Part shown: one piece after another, positions 60,058 through 64,000 of the stretch | How the letters are laid out: each line of letters begins with the position of its first letter | Numbering within the stretch: the stretch's first letter is position 1 | NCBI RefSeq assembly: GCF_009914755.1 | Contig: NC_060929.1 | Source of the DNA: the human T2T-CHM13v2.0 reference genome, Homo sapiens | Reading direction: 5' to 3' (one strand) | Length of the DNA: 64,000 bases | Notes under the pieces: model-generated | The model's database searches: none | What the model was told of the DNA's origin: nothing | What the model saw: the letters and a program-made list of their open reading frames with translations, nothing else | Made by a program: the position numbers and the translations under genes

Positions 60058-60553
60058 GTGGTAGGCAGAACTGTGGCCCTCCAAAGATGTTCACATTCTA
60101 ATCCCCAGAACCTATCTATCTGTAAGGTTATATGTAAAGGAAAATTAACATTGTAAATCAGATGACTTTAAAATATTGAAATTATCCTGGATTAGCCAGA
60201 TGGGCCCAGTGTAATCACAAGGGTCCATAGAGGGGGAAGGGGGAAGCAGAAGAGAGAAACTGGAGGGATGGCTGCACGGGAAGGACTTGGCCTGATGTTG
60301 CTGGCATAAAAGACGAAGGACAGAAGTCATGAGCCAAGGAATGCAGGTGGCCTCCAGAAACTGGAAAGGGCAAGGAAACAGATCCTCCCCGGAGGAGGAC
60401 CCAGAAGGAACAAAACCCTGCCAAAACCCTGATTTAAACTCAGTGAGACTCATTTCAGACTCTGACTTCCAAAACTGCAAAATAATACCATTGCATTATT
60501 TAAGCCACTAAATTTGTGGTAATTTGTTACCGCAGCAATCAAAAACCAACACA
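60058..60553 (+). mobile_element. MLT1D-like MaLR LTR nested in L1
   Basis: tgtggtaggcagaa..ggccctccaaagatgt...taagccactaaatttgtggtaatttgttac..aacaca. Confidence 0.85.
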
Positions 60554-60588
60554 AGTTGCACAGCAAGAACAGTACAAAGATGGGGATG

Positions 60589-60962
<374 letters not shown>

Positions 60963-61017
60963 TCACAGGAATTAAGTTAATATAAATCTAAAGATTCTGA
61001 TAAGATGCATACGACAA

Positions 61018-64000
61018 GGGAGAGGACATCACCAAAGTGACAGAATAGAGGACTCCAAAATTCTGCCCCTCCACAAAAACAGGAAATAAGCTAGTAAATC
61101 TCAGAATCGACTTTTTTGGAACTCCAGAATTTAACCAGAAACCTACAACAACCAGGGAATGCTTAATGAAGAAAGCAGCTACTGAATTTTGGTGACAGTG
61201 GGTTATGGTGTTTTAATTTACTTGCTTACCATTATCTTATTCTCCAACTCAGCAGTGGCCATGAAGATGGCAGACCACATTCCTGGTGTAGGTTGCTGAT
61301 ACCAACCTACACATCCAAGGAGCTCAATGACTCCCAGTTTGAAAACTCAAAAGAAAGAAATATGGACCTTATATCCAGAGAATTGTGGTTGTGGGTTTTA
61401 ACCCATCTGCTGGCTTGCCTTTGTTTCAACTGTCTCGGAGCTTCCCCAGGACTGAAGTGGTTTCCCAGACAGTGTTTGTCAAAAGTATTTAAAGGTAAAT
61501 GTATTAGCTGCAGACACCTGGGGCACAGGACAATAGTTGGGGCAAGACGCACAATAAACATATCTAAAGGCTTGGGGAGGAAGAGGGTAGGGAAGGAGAT
61601 ATTTGAGGAAATAAGGTTTTTGGAAAGCTCTTGTGCATACCAGAGAATCTAGGATTCTACCACTGACATGTCTAGGGTGAGATGCATGCTCAGAAAAGGT
61701 CTAAGAAGACTCAAAAGTTTTCACCTCTGGCTGACATTTAGGGTCTGTACAAGTAGGAAGTGAAGGCTAAGACAGAGTTGTAAACAGTCTGGCTAAGCAT
61801 CAAAGGTGTGCTCAAACACAGAACCAATCTACAAAGACGAGGAGAGTATTTCTTCCTACCCTGGCTTTTAAGAAAGTCTCTGTCAAATCACTAGCTGACC
61901 ACTAAGCTAACAAAACAGAGACTTTGGTGGCCATATATAATGAACAATGCAGACTTTACAAAAATAGTTTAGAAAAATCACTAAACAAACAAGCAACAAC
62001 ACATAAAAAACAACAAGCCCCGGGAAGTGGGGGGCATCTGATTTCCAGAGTCTCCACATTCAAAATGTCCAGTTTCCAACAAAAAATACAAAGCATGCAA
62101 AATAACAAGAAAGGATGGTCCACTCACAGGAAATAAAAAAGACCTTCCCTGAGGAAGCCTAGACACCTCATGTGCCAGACAGAGATTTTAAATAAATTGT
62201 CTTAAATGTGTTCAAAGAACTAAAAGAAACCATGGGCAAATAACGTAAGTAAAGCAAGAACATAATGTATCACAAAATAGAGAATATCAATAAAGAAATA
62301 GAAATTATAAAAAGGAACCACAAACAATTTTGGAGCTGAAAAGCATAATAACTGAAATAAAAATTTCAATAGATCAGTTCAATAGCAGATTTGAGCAGGC
62401 AAACAAAGAATCAGCAAACTTACATTATCAGCAATCATCCAATCTGAGAAGTAGAAGGAAAAAGAATGAGGAAAAAGGAACAGAACCTAAGAGATCAAGT
62501 ACACCAAAATACAAAAAATGAGAGTTCAAGAAAGAGAATAGAGAAACAAAGGGGCATAAAGAATGTTTGAAAAAACAATGGCTCCAAATTCCCCAAATTT
62601 GATAAAAAGAACATGATTCTACACATCCAAGGAGCTCAATGACTCCAAGTTTGAAAACTCAAAGAGTTACATCAAGATACATTGTAATCAAATTGTCAAA
62701 AGACAAAGACAAAAAGAGAGTCTTGAAATCCACGAGAGAGGAGCAGCTTGCCACATATACAAGGGCTCTCAATGAGCTTAACAACTGATTTGTCATCAGA
62801 AACAATAAAGGCCAGAAACCAACGGGATGACATATTTAAGGTGCTGAAAAAAATACTGTCCTGCGGCTAAAAATTCCAACAAAACTATCCTTCAAAAATA
62901 CAAGAAAAATTAGACACTTTCAGAGAAACAAAAACTGAGAGAGTTTGTTTTCTAGTTGACCTGCCCTCCAATAAGTGTTAAAGAAAGTCCTTCAGGTTGA
63001 AATAAAAGGACAGAAGACAGTAACTCAAAGCCATATGATGAAATGAAGAATACTAATAAAGGGAACCCCAAAATCTTCGTTTGTAACTCTTCTCTTTTTT
63101 CCTATATGATTTAGTCTATAGATGCATAAAGCAATAATTATAAATCTACATTAATAGACACACATGTATGAAATGTAACAATATTATAATAAAGGGTGGG
63201 GAAGACAGAGCTGTATAGGAGCAAAGCATTTTGTATACTATTGACACTAAGTTGATATCAATTCAAACAAAATTGTTATGTGTTTAAGATAATAGCTGTA
63301 ATTCCCAGGATAACCAATAAGACCATAGCTTTTAAATATACAGCAAAATAAATGAAAACATGAATCAAAACAGTACACTAAAAAACAATGTGTTAAACAC
63401 AAAAGAAGGAAATATTTGAGGAATTGAGGAATAAAGAATATGACATATACAAAACAAATAGCAGATAGCAGAATTCAGTCCCTCCTTATCAGTAATTATT
63501 TAAATACAGATGGACTAAATGCTGCAATTAAAATTCAGAGAATGGGAGAATGGATTAAAAAATCCCAAGATATAATCCAACTATATGCTTATCCACAGGG
63601 GACCAAATTTAGATTCAAAATACACAAATAGTTTGAAAATGAAAAGATGGATAAAGAAATGCTATGCAAATAGAAACCAGAAGAGACCTGGGATGGCCAT
63701 ACTAATATCAGACAAGATAGACTTCAAGTCCAAAAATTTTACAACAAAGAACAGCATTATATATTGATGAAAGAGTCAATCCACCAAGAAGATATAACAA
63801 TTATAAACATAAACACACCTAACAACAGAATCCCAAAATCTATGAAGCAAAAACTGACAGAATTGAAGATGGAAATAGACCATTTTACAATAATAGCTGA
63901 AGACTTCAATATTCCACTTTCAAAAATGGATAAAACAACCGGCACATGATCAGTAAGAAAATAGAGGACATGAACAACACTGTAAATCAACTAGACCTGA
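61018..64000 (+). mobile_element. Second old L1M: 5'UTR, ORF1 remnant, inter-ORF region and start of ORF2 endonuclease (runs off window)
   Basis: ORF1-like MELKSIITEIKISIDQFNSRFEQA. EN-like ANRNQKRPGMAILISDKIDFK and SIHQEDITIININTPN...IIAEDFNIPLSKMD, frameshifted. Confidence 0.92.

Noticed and set aside
63440-63949. Active L1 ORF2
   Set aside because: The endonuclease region is split across frames by frameshifts and stops

Overview
This is GC-rich, Alu-containing primate DNA, almost certainly human. It lies inside ADAMTS2 (procollagen N-proteinase), which runs on the minus strand. The only coding sequence I can support is one 203-bp exon at 22640-22842. It encodes the end of the prodomain, the furin site RRRARR and the start of the metalloprotease domain (exon 4 by recalled gene structure). 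The rest is intron, filled with Alu, L1, L2, MIR, LTR and DNA-transposon relics and many tandem repeats. The long ORFs in the track are chance GC-rich or repeat-derived frames. I see no new multi-gene system. The most unusual object is a 1.5-kb HERV-H remnant (4302-5812) bounded by two outward-facing R-U5 LTR ends with a near-perfect 5-bp TSD, which resembles an integrated copy-back reverse-transcription product. Three short non-tandem local duplications also stand out, including a 128-bp inverted copy inserted into an L2 19 kb from its apparent source. Repeat-family names are from memory of consensus sequences, not from a RepeatMasker run.
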